Shown: positions 38,647-47,401, numbered from the stretch's first letter. The stretch: DNA of 64,000 bases from Candidatus Thorarchaeota archaeon (GCA_029855935.1 JAGSHN010000031.1:1-64000); one strand, 5' to 3'. Translations and numbers: made by a program. The notes: generated from the sequence alone by a model not told the origin.

Positions 38647-40365
38647 ATGACCGCGACCACTGCCAGCGAGAGCCACTTCGACATCCCTCCGGGCGGGGAC
38701 AGACCACCGGAGCCAATACGTAGGGACCGCTACGGCAGGTGGCTCGCATACTTTCCCAGCAGAGGCTGGTACCCTGCAGTGCCGGTGCCCACACTCAAAC
38801 GATGGGACAAAACAGAACTGGACTGGCGTCTCGATGCAAGGATCTGGTGGGCGACAGACACCGTCCGCGAGAGCTGGAAGAACCGGGCCGAGGAGGACCC
38901 ACGCCTCTTCCGTGCACTTACGACAGACGGCACACTGACCTTTCTCCGCACTATTCAGCAGCTCGCGTTCCGCTTCGAGGGGCATGAGGGCGGGAATGCA
39001 GTCATTGCCATCAGAGGGCCGCGTCGAAGCGGAAAGTCGTTCCTGGCATTCTCCATTACCGGCCTGTGGACCCGAATGATGCGCTCGCAGGCACATATCA
39101 CGTTCTCCGCAGGTCTGACCAGTACCTTGGCCAAGTCCTCCGATGGCGATATCATCGTGGTAGATGAGAACAGTGCGCTCTCCGGTGGAGAGAGTTCCAC
39201 GTTCTACAAGCAACGTAAGAATCTGATAGACCAGACCGGCGTGAAGAAGATCGCACTGGTGCTCATTGGCCCGGACATCGACTTCAAGGCCTTCGGTCGC
39301 GCCCTCGACCTCGGCATCGAATGGTGGGGTGCCTGGCAGAGCAAGAACGCCACCCGCTTTGTCGTGTTCGACCATGCCGAGCGACCTCTCTATGTCGCAG
39401 GTCTCCAGCGGACGTTCCTGTGGACTCAGGAGCCATTCGCCTCCTATCTTGTCCAGAAGCATGCGATGTTGGATGAACTCATAGAGGCTGGAGGCGTAGA
39501 CACAGCAGCCACAGCCTATGATGAAATGTGGGATGAATACTACTCAGTGCTGATGCAGGAGATACGGGAACGATACCCGCATCACGTCCCATCGGTGCGC
39601 ACTATCCGAAGTATTGCAGTACGAGACCTCAAGCTGAGGTTTCCAACAATCAGCTTTCGTGACGACCTCTGTACGCTAGTTCGCGACGATCTCAAGGCCA
39701 GCATGGAGGTACAGAGTGATAATAATTCATCACTCCCAGTGGTGTCTACGACGACATCAGAGGGGTGGGAGACCTTCCGCGAGGGGATGTACCGACTGGG
39801 GTTCGAGTACGGCGGCGGGAAGAAGCACAGAGAGCGAGATGCGTGGGCGCTCGCCTGGTGGTACGTGCCAGAGACCACGGAGCACTGGACCTACAAGGAA
39901 GTGGCCCGAAAGGTGAACTTTGACGGAAATCCCGACTCGCTCGGCAAGCAGATAAACCGGCTGTTCGGTCGAATCCCCACGAAGGCCGTTGGAGACCTTG
40001 GCGAGATTTGCCTCGCGTCGTGGTTAGATTCTCTCCGCCCGCGCCGCGCACCGAGCACCGGACGTGGCACGCCCGACCTGCTGGTGGACGTGGAGGGTCA
40101 GGAGGTCGCGATCAACGTCAAGACCTCGCTCGAGGACAACTACCGCGAACACATACCCACCACACCAGAGTACCACTGGCGGCCCAACGCCCTGATCGCA
40201 CTGGTCCTGCCCAGACTCCTCGAGATACGACTCTTCCCCATCACACAACCCAAACAGTCCATCAACCGCAACAACGGAGTCCTGACAACGCCGGAGAGGG
40301 TTTCTAACCACGTCAGAGAGATGGTCCTCCGTCAGCAGACAGAGGGCGGAGGCGGCGGCGTCTGA
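38647..40365 (+). CDS. P-loop ATPase fused to HTH and PD-(D/E)xK nuclease-like domain
   Basis: Walker A GPRRSGKS, Walker B IIVVDE, HTH TYKEVARKV...SLGKQINR, and GDLGE...TPDLLV...AINVK. Confidence 0.72.
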   Translation: MTATTASESHFDIPPGGDRPPEPIRRDRYGRWLAYFPSRGWYPAVPVPTLKRWDKTELDWRLDARIWWATDTVRESWKNRAEEDPRLFRALTTDGTLTFLRTIQQLAFRFEGHEGGNAVIAIRGPRRSGKSFLAFSITGLWTRMMRSQAHITFSAGLTSTLAKSSDGDIIVVDENSALSGGESSTFYKQRKNLIDQTGVKKIALVLIGPDIDFKAFGRALDLGIEWWGAWQSKNATRFVVFDHAERPLYVAGLQRTFLWTQEPFASYLVQKHAMLDELIEAGGVDTAATAYDEMWDEYYSVLMQEIRERYPHHVPSVRTIRSIAVRDLKLRFPTISFRDDLCTLVRDDLKASMEVQSDNNSSLPVVSTTTSEGWETFREGMYRLGFEYGGGKKHRERDAWALAWWYVPETTEHWTYKEVARKVNFDGNPDSLGKQINRLFGRIPTKAVGDLGEICLASWLDSLRPRRAPSTGRGTPDLLVDVEGQEVAINVKTSLEDNYREHIPTTPEYHWRPNALIALVLPRLLEIRLFPITQPKQSINRNNGVLTTPERVSNHVREMVLRQQTEGGGGGV

Positions 40366-40380
40366 GTGGGAGAGCGACGT

Positions 40381-40575
40381 TCAGTAGTCCTCGCGAAGGC
40401 ATCTACTAAGTTGTTGGAGAAACTTGACGATCTCCAAACCTTTGGCCATGCTGGTTTTAAAGAAAGTCCCCAAGAGAGGACTGGAGAAAAGGACACGATG
40501 ATTGTGTGTGTCCTCACAGACTATAATCTCGATGCCCTCAACCTCTATAGTTTCTCTCTCTCGAGGTTCTGTCAT
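40381..40575 (-). CDS. Small hypothetical protein
   Basis: ATG 40575 with TTTTTA ~25 bp upstream on the - strand. Confidence 0.45.
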   Translation of the reverse strand: MTEPRERETIEVEGIEIIVCEDTHNHRVLFSSPLLGTFFKTSMAKGLEIVKFLQQLSRCLREDY

Positions 40576-40606
40576 GCATTTACATGTCCTTGCGTTGCGT
40601 AAAAAC

Positions 40607-40638
40607 TTTCGCACTCCACCAGGTACGGAGGTGCGAAA
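40607..40638. other. Inverted repeat/hairpin in the element's intergenic region
   Basis: TTTCGCAC-TCC...GGA-G-GTGCGAAA. Confidence 0.5.
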
Positions 40639-40695
40639 ATCTCTTCGCCTAATAGGGAAAAAGGAGGGGTCCGAGTGGGACTCGGACAGACTACT

Positions 40696-40884
40696 TTAAC
40701 GATTGCTCCCGAACTGCCTGTAATAGTTCCATGTAATCACAGAATTGACAATGACAAAGACTAGAGACCACAGCAACACTTCAAGATAATCCATGTATCC
40801 CAACAAGTACATGATCACGAGAACTGCTGTAACCGCCCCCTGAGGAATCACGAACACGAACGCCGGCATTGGTTGCCTTCTCAA
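40696..40884 (-). CDS. Small two-TM protein co-transcribed with the repressor (candidate superinfection exclusion)
   Basis: Two hydrophobic helices; downstream of the repressor on the - strand. Confidence 0.5.
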   Translation of the reverse strand: MRRQPMPAFVFVIPQGAVTAVLVIMYLLGYMDYLEVLLWSLVFVIVNSVITWNYYRQFGSNR

Positions 40885-40962
40885 CTTCTAATCCCCCGCG
40901 CAGGACTTCTTGACCGTCCACGCGGGAGCCCGTATATCCTATCCATCCTATAAAGTCTCTTC

Positions 40963-41250
40963 CTATGCCTGTTCGAGAATCGCAAGTATCTCCCTGATCT
41001 TCTCCGCTACCCTGCGCCCCTTCTCTGTCAGCCGCAGATAGACCTTCGGTCGAGGCCCCTCCTCTCTCTCCTCGACAATCAGACCGAGCCTTCGAAGATT
41101 CTGTCGGCACCTGCGCAACGCATCTTGACTGACTATTCCTCGAGGATTGAACTGGCCTCGCAGAAGCTCGGTCACGAATCTCTCCTTCTCCTGCAACATG
41201 AGTAGGACCCGCAAGGCTCCCCGTTGCTCAAGCATTTCCAACAAATTCAA
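40963..41250 (-). CDS. Winged-helix (MarR/HxlR-like) transcriptional repressor
   Basis: LRRLGLIVEEREEGPRPKVYLRLTEKGRRVAE; divergent from the early operon. Confidence 0.8.
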   Translation of the reverse strand: MNLLEMLEQRGALRVLLMLQEKERFVTELLRGQFNPRGIVSQDALRRCRQNLRRLGLIVEEREEGPRPKVYLRLTEKGRRVAEKIREILAILEQA

Positions 41251-41293
41251 TGTCTATCGTCATTCAACAACCGACATGATTTAGTTATCCGTT

Positions 41294-41374
41294 TCCTGTC
41301 GTATACCGAATAGCAATATCCTTAATAGGCAGTTGTGGTCATTATAGGATGTCGACATTCGATATGCGACAGGA
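41294..41374. promoter_or_regulatory. Divergent promoter/operator region with 18-bp inverted repeat around a TATA-like box
   Basis: TCCTGTCGTATACCGAAT (41294-41311) vs ATTCGATATGCGACAGGA (41357-41374), 16/18; CTTAATA at 41321; palindrome ATGTCGACAT at 41349. Confidence 0.65.
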
Positions 41375-41381
41375 GGTAGAA

Positions 41382-41585
41382 ATGAAACACAAGCGTTGGT
41401 ACATGACGGAGGCGACGTGGCGGCGCTTCTCGCGTTTTCGCAAGGAGCTGGAGCTGCGTCTAAACAGAGATCTGAGCCAGGACGAGTTCGTGAGAGTCCT
41501 GTGTGATCACAAGGACGTCGTTCTGGACGTGCTACTGAACACCGCCTCGGCGGACTGTGCTTCTCGAGGAGGGACCGAAGAATGA
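41382..41585 (+). CDS. Small ribbon-helix-helix-like regulator (first early gene)
   Basis: GGAGGT RBS; KRWYMTEATWRRFSRFRKEL...SQDEFVRVL pattern. Confidence 0.6.
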   Translation: MKHKRWYMTEATWRRFSRFRKELELRLNRDLSQDEFVRVLCDHKDVVLDVLLNTASADCASRGGTEE

Positions 41586-41613
41586 ATCAGGCACTCAAGC
41601 TGAACCTGTTCAT
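41577..41613 (+). repeat. 37-bp exact direct repeat, copy 2
   Basis: Identical to 36688-36724. Confidence 0.9.
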
Positions 41614-42181
41614 TGTATTTCTGGAGGTGGTAGTGATAGCAGTCCCTGCCACGTTCGCGAAATGGCTTGGACTGCCCACTGTAGATTTCTTCATAGCTGT
41701 TACCGTTGCCTCTCTCTTGGCATCAGTCACCGGGTTATACTTTGTGCATTATACCGTCGAACGTGAACTTGGCAATGCGAGAGTTCTCGATCTCACAGTC
41801 CAGGAAGGTGACATAGAATGGGCACACAGGCTCTACATCTATGAAATCCTCAGCACGGAGAAGGTCAACGACTCCGAGGTTCGTGACTGGTTGCACAGGG
41901 TCTCAGAGGAGTGGCACAGTGTTGTGGTGCTCACTGACGAGGGCTCGAAGCTTCTGCTTACGCGCCGCCCCTTCGAGGAGGAGTTCATCTTCCGCGAGCG
42001 GTTCGTGGAGGCTGGACTCTGGGGCAAGAGAGCCCCAGTAGCGACGGGCTCGGCGGTGGTGCTGGGACGGGATGGTGCAGTAGACGTCCTTTTTGTGACT
42101 GATTCTGCCAGTCAGCGCAGAGACGTTGCTATGAAAATGATGCGCCTCTTAGAAGGTACTTCGGAGGTGGAGGCCCAGTGA
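41582..42181 (+). CDS. Truncated paralog of the 36693-37712 membrane protein
   Basis: Shared MNQALKLNLFIVFLEV, YxVERELGxxRVLDL, TDEGxKL and ERFxExGLWGK; lacks the C-terminal coiled coil and TM. Confidence 0.8.
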   Translation: MNQALKLNLFIVFLEVVVIAVPATFAKWLGLPTVDFFIAVTVASLLASVTGLYFVHYTVERELGNARVLDLTVQEGDIEWAHRLYIYEILSTEKVNDSEVRDWLHRVSEEWHSVVVLTDEGSKLLLTRRPFEEEFIFRERFVEAGLWGKRAPVATGSAVVLGRDGAVDVLFVTDSASQRRDVAMKMMRLLEGTSEVEAQ

Positions 42182-42408
42182 GCAGCGAAGTCCTCTTCGA
42201 GAAAGTCAAGAGAGTCGTGTTCAACGGAGACGGACTGATTGTCGTGTACGTTGGAGACTTCGCGTCTTTTGAGAGATTGCACGAACGGATAATGCACTCC
42301 ACGACAATCTGCGTCAAGACGAACCTGTTCGGCACTACTCAGTACTGGGAGATCCCGACCAGCCGCGTTGTACTATCGCTCGAAACGGAGAAGGAGGGGA
42401 GCGCATGA
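42178..42408 (+). CDS. Small hypothetical protein
   Basis: GTGA and ATGA overlaps with both neighbours. Confidence 0.6.
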   Translation: MSSEVLFEKVKRVVFNGDGLIVVYVGDFASFERLHERIMHSTTICVKTNLFGTTQYWEIPTSRVVLSLETEKEGSA

Positions 42409-42782
42409 GCGGCAAGGCAAAGCAAGACTTCGCAGACGCAAGTCTCCTTGAGCTCTTGAAGTTCCACGAGGAGAACGCTTCAATCTGGAAGACCTTACCG
42501 AGCGACCTCGTTGACGCGTTCTGGGAGCGTTTCAACGAGTTGATGCGCAAGATGGCCGTCGTGATGAAGTGGGACCTCGACGACCTGACGGAGGATCATA
42601 TTGAGCCTCTCAAGGGTGAACTTGCGGCTGTGAAAGACCAGGTGGCGGCGCTCCGGGACAAGGTTGACGAGGCCGCAGCAGAGCTGCGCCAGTTGAGTAA
42701 ACGGTTTGAACGCCTTCTCACCGCACTACAGAATACGGAGGTCTCAATCTCCGTGCGCGATTTCGTGGAGGTGGGCAGATGA
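42405..42782 (+). CDS. Coiled-coil hypothetical protein
   Basis: Heptad pattern LKGELAAVKDQVAALRDKVDEAAAELRQL. Confidence 0.65.
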   Translation: MSGKAKQDFADASLLELLKFHEENASIWKTLPSDLVDAFWERFNELMRKMAVVMKWDLDDLTEDHIEPLKGELAAVKDQVAALRDKVDEAAAELRQLSKRFERLLTALQNTEVSISVRDFVEVGR

Positions 42783-42950
42783 AGACGGTGAAGAATGTGG
42801 AAGGCGTCAGCATTGCGATGGCGCCATGTCCAAACTGCGGTGGCCTTCGACTCCGTTTTGCCATTGAGCAACAAATGCGAGGTATTCTGTGCGAGCTGCG
42901 GATTGCTGTTGCTGGAAGTCTTGGGCGGAGGTGAAGAAACGTGCGAGTGA
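42779..42950 (+). pseudogene. TFIIB-type zinc-ribbon gene split by an apparent 1-nt frameshift
   Basis: CPNCGG in the frame of ATG 42779; EVFCASCGLLL in the +1 frame. Confidence 0.5.
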
Positions 42951-43315
42951 CGTGGAATGGCGATAACACAGTGACGTTTGAAGGCTCTCGTGAGACCTCC
43001 ACGGCCATTGTTGAAGCCCTTGATTTTGCCCGCAGGCTCTTTGCGGGGCTGGACAGGCTGGGTGAGCGGCAGAGGGACGCGGACGAGGCGAGATATGTGC
43101 GTTCAGAGGAATCGGGTGTGTCTCCTTCCTTCACGCTTGATCCCGCCGAGACTCGCCTAGGGAACTGCCCTCTGTGCGGGGGCGTACTGGAGCGGAAGAG
43201 TACGAGCTCAAGGATAGGCCCGCCGGGTATGATTCAGAGCGAGGAGATCCACACGACTGTCTACTGCCCCCATTGCGGCTACGAGCAGGTCTCATTCGAG
43301 GAGGTGCCTCTGTGA
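42941..43315 (+). CDS. Zinc-ribbon protein
   Basis: CPLCG...CPHCG; GGAGGTGA RBS. Confidence 0.65.
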   Translation: MRVTWNGDNTVTFEGSRETSTAIVEALDFARRLFAGLDRLGERQRDADEARYVRSEESGVSPSFTLDPAETRLGNCPLCGGVLERKSTSSRIGPPGMIQSEEIHTTVYCPHCGYEQVSFEEVPL

Positions 43316-44046
43316 CTGCGAACAGAATTCGCATCAAGAAGTCGGTGGGACCATTCTGGAGGTGGACCATCAATTTCATGGTCGGATGTGACCAATGTCT
43401 TTACTGTTACAACAAACGGTGGAATTGGGCCCGCGGGTCACCACGAATCAAAACGGACCTGTCGCTCCTAAGGAAACAAGCAGAGTCCTTCGAATGGAGC
43501 CCAGGACCGTCGGCAATGTGCACAACGCTCTATGACGTGCTCACGTCCAGCAGTCATGACCCATTCCACGTCTCATCACTATCCACAGCGGTAGAGATTC
43601 TCCGGCTACTGGCGAATACCCCTGTGGCGAGTCATCTACGGGTTCTCACAAAGATGGCACTGTTCAATCCTCCACGGTGCGGGGGGCTTTGGGGCATGAC
43701 AATCACAACACTAAATGGTGCAGTGGCTCGGCTGCTGGAACCTCTTGCATCGCCCCCACACGAGCGTTTCAACGCTCTTCAGAACTGGGCCCAGCGAGGG
43801 CACAAGCTGTGGCTCTCCGTCGAGCCTATGCTGGAGGGAATGCATCTTCATGACCTCATTTGGTCCTTGGAACGGCTCGGTGTTCATCCCCAAGAGGTCT
43901 GGGCCGGACGACTAAATCATCGTCATCTATCGACAAAGGCAGCAGAGTACGCTCTCGATGATGCTGAGATAGTGAGGCAGTTCGAAGAGGCGAGAGACTC
44001 CTTTCCAGAGATACGGTGGTATCTGAAGAGGGAGGTGAGGGCGTGA
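43312..44046 (+). CDS. Radical-SAM-like protein (SplB-related), atypical CxxCxxC spacing
   Basis: NFMVGCDQCLYCY, GMTITTL...LEPLASPPHERF, WLSVEP. Confidence 0.68.
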   Translation: MTANRIRIKKSVGPFWRWTINFMVGCDQCLYCYNKRWNWARGSPRIKTDLSLLRKQAESFEWSPGPSAMCTTLYDVLTSSSHDPFHVSSLSTAVEILRLLANTPVASHLRVLTKMALFNPPRCGGLWGMTITTLNGAVARLLEPLASPPHERFNALQNWAQRGHKLWLSVEPMLEGMHLHDLIWSLERLGVHPQEVWAGRLNHRHLSTKAAEYALDDAEIVRQFEEARDSFPEIRWYLKREVRA

Positions 44047-44492
44047 GCGTCGACACGATTTCCGCATCCACATCGATCACCGAGAGCTACGTCGCGACGG
44101 CGACCGTCTACACATCCTACTATGCCAGATTGATGAGAAACGTGGATGAACGACCCGATTTGACGCACGTGGCGGTCAGTCGCTACTGGCCTCGGTGGAT
44201 GAAGAAACCTGAGGGCGTGCTGTGGCTTCCAAATCTAGGGCCTAGCAAGCAGCTGCTCTTCACTGCAAAGAAACTGAGCATGGACTTCGAGGAGTACGGT
44301 CACCGATATCTTCACGAGATCCTTGACACACGGGACGGCCGGGAGGCGCTGAACAGGCTGTTGGCACTCCTCGAAGATGGAGAAGATGTCGTGCTGTACT
44401 GCTACGAGAAAGATGTCCGATGTTGCCACCGCTTCTGGCTCTCGGCACTTCTCTGTCACGCGTACGGCTTTGGCCAGGGGGGAGAGCTGTGA
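44043..44492 (+). CDS. DUF488 family protein
   Basis: VYTSYY, AVSRYWP, LGPSKQLL, VLYCYEK...CHR. Confidence 0.75.
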   Translation: MSVDTISASTSITESYVATATVYTSYYARLMRNVDERPDLTHVAVSRYWPRWMKKPEGVLWLPNLGPSKQLLFTAKKLSMDFEEYGHRYLHEILDTRDGREALNRLLALLEDGEDVVLYCYEKDVRCCHRFWLSALLCHAYGFGQGGEL

Positions 44493-44755
44493 AGTCTCCG
44501 CCAACAGCTGAGATAGAGCGAGGACTCTGGCGACAGGGCAAGGACCCCGCCAACATCCAACCCTATTGCAGGCTATGTATGAGAAGGAGGGAATGTGATA
44601 ACTGGCTTCTACAGCATGTACCGATGATGCGATGCGAGAACTTTCTCTTTCCCTGTCCAAAGTGCGGCGAGAACGTGGAGCTGCGCTATGACGAGGCCAG
44701 CGAGTCGTGGGGCTACGTGTGCAGGCAATGCAAGCTGATTTTGGTGGTTCGGTGA
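44489..44755 (+). CDS. Cys-rich zinc-finger protein
   Basis: CRLC, CPKCG, CRQC. Confidence 0.6.
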   Translation: MKSPPTAEIERGLWRQGKDPANIQPYCRLCMRRRECDNWLLQHVPMMRCENFLFPCPKCGENVELRYDEASESWGYVCRQCKLILVVR

Positions 44756-44756
44756 C

Positions 44757-46577
44757 GTGACCATGACCGAGGCACATGTCAGTGACTGGACGGTGACGGA
44801 CGAAGAGCTGCTCTCGCTCATCCAACGCTACGAGCAAGAGTTCGGGGAGTGGAATCCAGAACACTTCTTTGAGATATTCTTTCATGTCCTTCGGCCCTCT
44901 TCTCCCCGGCAGGTGCACATCGAATACGTGAATGAGTTGCGAGAGCGCGGAGCAAATAGCTGTATATTGCTCCCTTCTTGGCGGACTCCCCAGAAGGTAC
45001 ACGTCATAGCATCGTATCTTCTACGCAAACATCGCTTCTATGCTCAGTCCAAGAATAGCCCGATATGGATGTATCACGAGGACGAAGGGATCTGGCGGCC
45101 GGATGGTGAGGAATTCATTCAACGGTTCGTGAGAGAGATTCTCGGCGAGGATTTCAGAACGCACGTAGTCAACGAGGTCGTCAATTCTATCCGATATGCA
45201 TCCTACAATCCAAGCGTGGAGTTAGGCGGGCCGCCACACAAGATCGTGGTCAATAATGGCCTTCTGAATATTGAAACGCGAGAACTTGAGGGCTTCGCCG
45301 CGGACGAATACCACATTGTCCGCCTTCCGGTGGACTATGACCCAGATGCAGACTGCCCTCGTTTTAGGAAGTTCTTGGACGAGATTCTGGACTCTGAAGA
45401 TGACAAGAAGGCCATCATCGAGCATCTCGGCTCTTGTCTACATCGTGTCCCGTATTCGAATATCGTGTTGCTTCTCGGCGAGGGGTCCAACGGTAAGAGC
45501 GTTCTGCTCAATGTTGTCAAGACCTTTCTCGGTGCGGAGAACGTCAGCGCCATTCAGCTGCAGAGGCTTGAGGAGCGCTTTCAGACCGCCAAGCTGCACG
45601 GCAAGCTCGCCAACATCTGCGCGGACCTGCCAGCTAACCCCATCCGATACACCGGCATGATAAAGATGTTGACGGGGGGAGATATCATCACCGCGGAGCG
45701 CAAGAACAGAGACCCATTTGAGTTTGTCAATCACGCCAAGCTGTGGTTTAGTGCAAACGAAGTACCGCCGTCTTGGGACGGCACGGACGCATTTCATAGA
45801 AGAATGCGAATCATAGAGTTCAGGCGCCAATTCTTGGATGACGATCCGAACACCATCCCGCAGGACATCCTGGTGCCTCAGCTGACAACAGAGGAAGAGC
45901 TATCAGGAATACTCAACCTCGCTCTGGATGGGCTGGCGAGACTACGACACCAGGGCCACCTCTCGGGAACCCCAGGTGTCGAGGCGGCTCGGCGGCAGTA
46001 CATCAAGCGCAGCGACCCAATCCAGTACTTTGCCATGTACTTCTTGGAACAGGACCCCACTGCGCCGAGCGTGCCGAAGCAAGAGATGTACGATATGTAT
46101 GTCAAACTGTGCCGCGCGCTTGGCAAGATCCCGAAGTCCGACGGGTGGTTCGGTAAGAGGCTGAAGATGCTTCTGCCATACATCTCTGAATCACAGCCCC
46201 GCGAGGAGGGTTCCCGCATTCGTGTGTGGGATGGTGTGCGCATCCGATACGACCTGCTACAGAAGGAGGGGGTAGAGGTGCCCTCTGGCACAGGTGGAAC
46301 AGGTTCCCTACTTATTTCGTCGTCTAAAGTGATTGACTCTATGGAGAGAAGTAGGGAAACAACCCGTTCCACCCGTGCCACCCGTTCCACAATACTGAGG
46401 GCCCTGAGTGGACATGATCTGACGGAGGGCGCGTTGTGGGACGCTCTTGGCTGCAGTTCAGAGGAGGAGCGGAGGAGGGTGTCGGAGGCCCTGCAGGAGC
46501 TCGTGCGAGAGGGCAGGGTGATGGCGCGTGGCGACACTCCCGTGTACTACCGCGCCGTAAGAGGTGATGCACGATGA
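44757..46577 (+). CDS. D5/P4-family SF3 replicative helicase with C-terminal winged helices
   Basis: D5_N-like region, Walker A GEGSNGKS, KLANICADL, KLWFSAN, RRMRII; no primase motif seen. Confidence 0.88.
   Translation: MTMTEAHVSDWTVTDEELLSLIQRYEQEFGEWNPEHFFEIFFHVLRPSSPRQVHIEYVNELRERGANSCILLPSWRTPQKVHVIASYLLRKHRFYAQSKNSPIWMYHEDEGIWRPDGEEFIQRFVREILGEDFRTHVVNEVVNSIRYASYNPSVELGGPPHKIVVNNGLLNIETRELEGFAADEYHIVRLPVDYDPDADCPRFRKFLDEILDSEDDKKAIIEHLGSCLHRVPYSNIVLLLGEGSNGKSVLLNVVKTFLGAENVSAIQLQRLEERFQTAKLHGKLANICADLPANPIRYTGMIKMLTGGDIITAERKNRDPFEFVNHAKLWFSANEVPPSWDGTDAFHRRMRIIEFRRQFLDDDPNTIPQDILVPQLTTEEELSGILNLALDGLARLRHQGHLSGTPGVEAARRQYIKRSDPIQYFAMYFLEQDPTAPSVPKQEMYDMYVKLCRALGKIPKSDGWFGKRLKMLLPYISESQPREEGSRIRVWDGVRIRYDLLQKEGVEVPSGTGGTGSLLISSSKVIDSMERSRETTRSTRATRSTILRALSGHDLTEGALWDALGCSSEEERRRVSEALQELVREGRVMARGDTPVYYRAVRGDAR
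46286..46389. repeat. Iteron-like origin of replication inside the helicase gene
   Basis: TGGCACAGG TGGAACAGG TTCCCTACTT - 35 bp spacer - AAGTAGGGAA acaa CCCGTTCCA CCCGTGCCA CCCGTTCCA. Confidence 0.7.
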
Positions 46578-46756
46578 ACGAGAACAGAAAGCGGAGGATC
46601 TGTCCCTATCTAACGCCGAGGCAGCCCTGCCCATCTCCTGGCCTCGTAGACTGTCACATCCACACGGACTGGGGACTGGTGCCCTGCCCGGTGATAATTG
46701 TGAAGCGTTCCTCCAACCCAGAGTTTGTCGAGGGAGGTAGAGAAGAGGAGGAATGA
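46574..46756 (+). CDS. Small Cys/His protein
   Basis: ATGA overlap; CPY..CP..CH..CP. Confidence 0.5.
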   Translation: MNENRKRRICPYLTPRQPCPSPGLVDCHIHTDWGLVPCPVIIVKRSSNPEFVEGGREEEE

Positions 46757-46760
46757 TGTG

Positions 46761-46925
46761 ATGGCAAGAGTGTGTAGATGTAAGAGGTGTGGTGTGCTAT
46801 TGGAAGAGGTCATGCTATTGGCTCTGTTACGAGAGCTCGGAAATCATGTCTCTGGGCCGATCAGTACGTGTTGGTCTGGTGGTCCGGAACACGATTTCGA
46901 GTGGGTGGAGGTGGATAAGAAATGA
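46761..46925 (+). CDS. Small zinc-binding protein
   Basis: CKRCG...C...H; start uncertain. Confidence 0.5.
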   Translation: MARVCRCKRCGVLLEEVMLLALLRELGNHVSGPISTCWSGGPEHDFEWVEVDKK

Positions 46926-47110
46926 CCGAAGATGGAGTCCTTGAGGATGTGGTGCGACAGTTCGCACACATCTTTGGACAAGCAGTCACCAGCGTCGTGC
47001 TGGTTGTGGTCTGCACTGACGACGTCAAGAGTGCCAAGAACATCTGCAACGAAATCAAGAGACGCTTGATGCATCAATCGCGACCATCCAGCTTATGGAC
47101 TGGAGAGTAG
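46922..47110 (+). CDS. Small hypothetical protein
   Basis: GGAGGTG RBS, overlapping stop. Confidence 0.5.
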   Translation: MTEDGVLEDVVRQFAHIFGQAVTSVVLVVVCTDDVKSAKNICNEIKRRLMHQSRPSSLWTGE

Positions 47111-47116
47111 TGGGAG

Positions 47117-47401
47117 GTGATGATAATGTCGGTTAAGAGAAGATTCTGGCGCGGCTACTGGGTAAGATTGGTGGTCCTGTCGGCGATAGCGATGATTGGC
47201 ATGCTGTTCTTCGCGTTGTTCACAATCGACACCTTTGTGAGCGTGCATGTCAATGTGCCATTGCCAGTCAGAACTGTGGGATTCCTCATCTGTGCGGTGG
47301 TAGCCTCGTGGTTCTTCCTGATTGCATTGTATAAGAACACTCTGTGGGCCATACGTGTACGCAGGAAGATGCGCGCGGTCGAAGGAGGCGATGAGGAGTG
47401 A
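47117..47401 (+). CDS. Two-TM protein
   Basis: Hydrophobic helices flanked by basic residues. Confidence 0.6.
   Translation: MMIMSVKRRFWRGYWVRLVVLSAIAMIGMLFFALFTIDTFVSVHVNVPLPVRTVGFLICAVVASWFFLIALYKNTLWAIRVRRKMRAVEGGDEE

Noticed and set aside
29275-40365. Conjugative T4SS or head-tail virion module
   Set aside because: No VirB4-sized ATPase, relaxase, terminase, portal, HK97 capsid or tape measure recognisable; cannot be fully excluded without HMM searches.
36688-41613. 37-bp repeat as attL/attR of the element, or as DGR template/variable repeats
   Set aside because: It is internal to the element, coincides with paralogous gene starts and is far from the integrase; there is no reverse transcriptase and no adenine-specific mismatch pattern.
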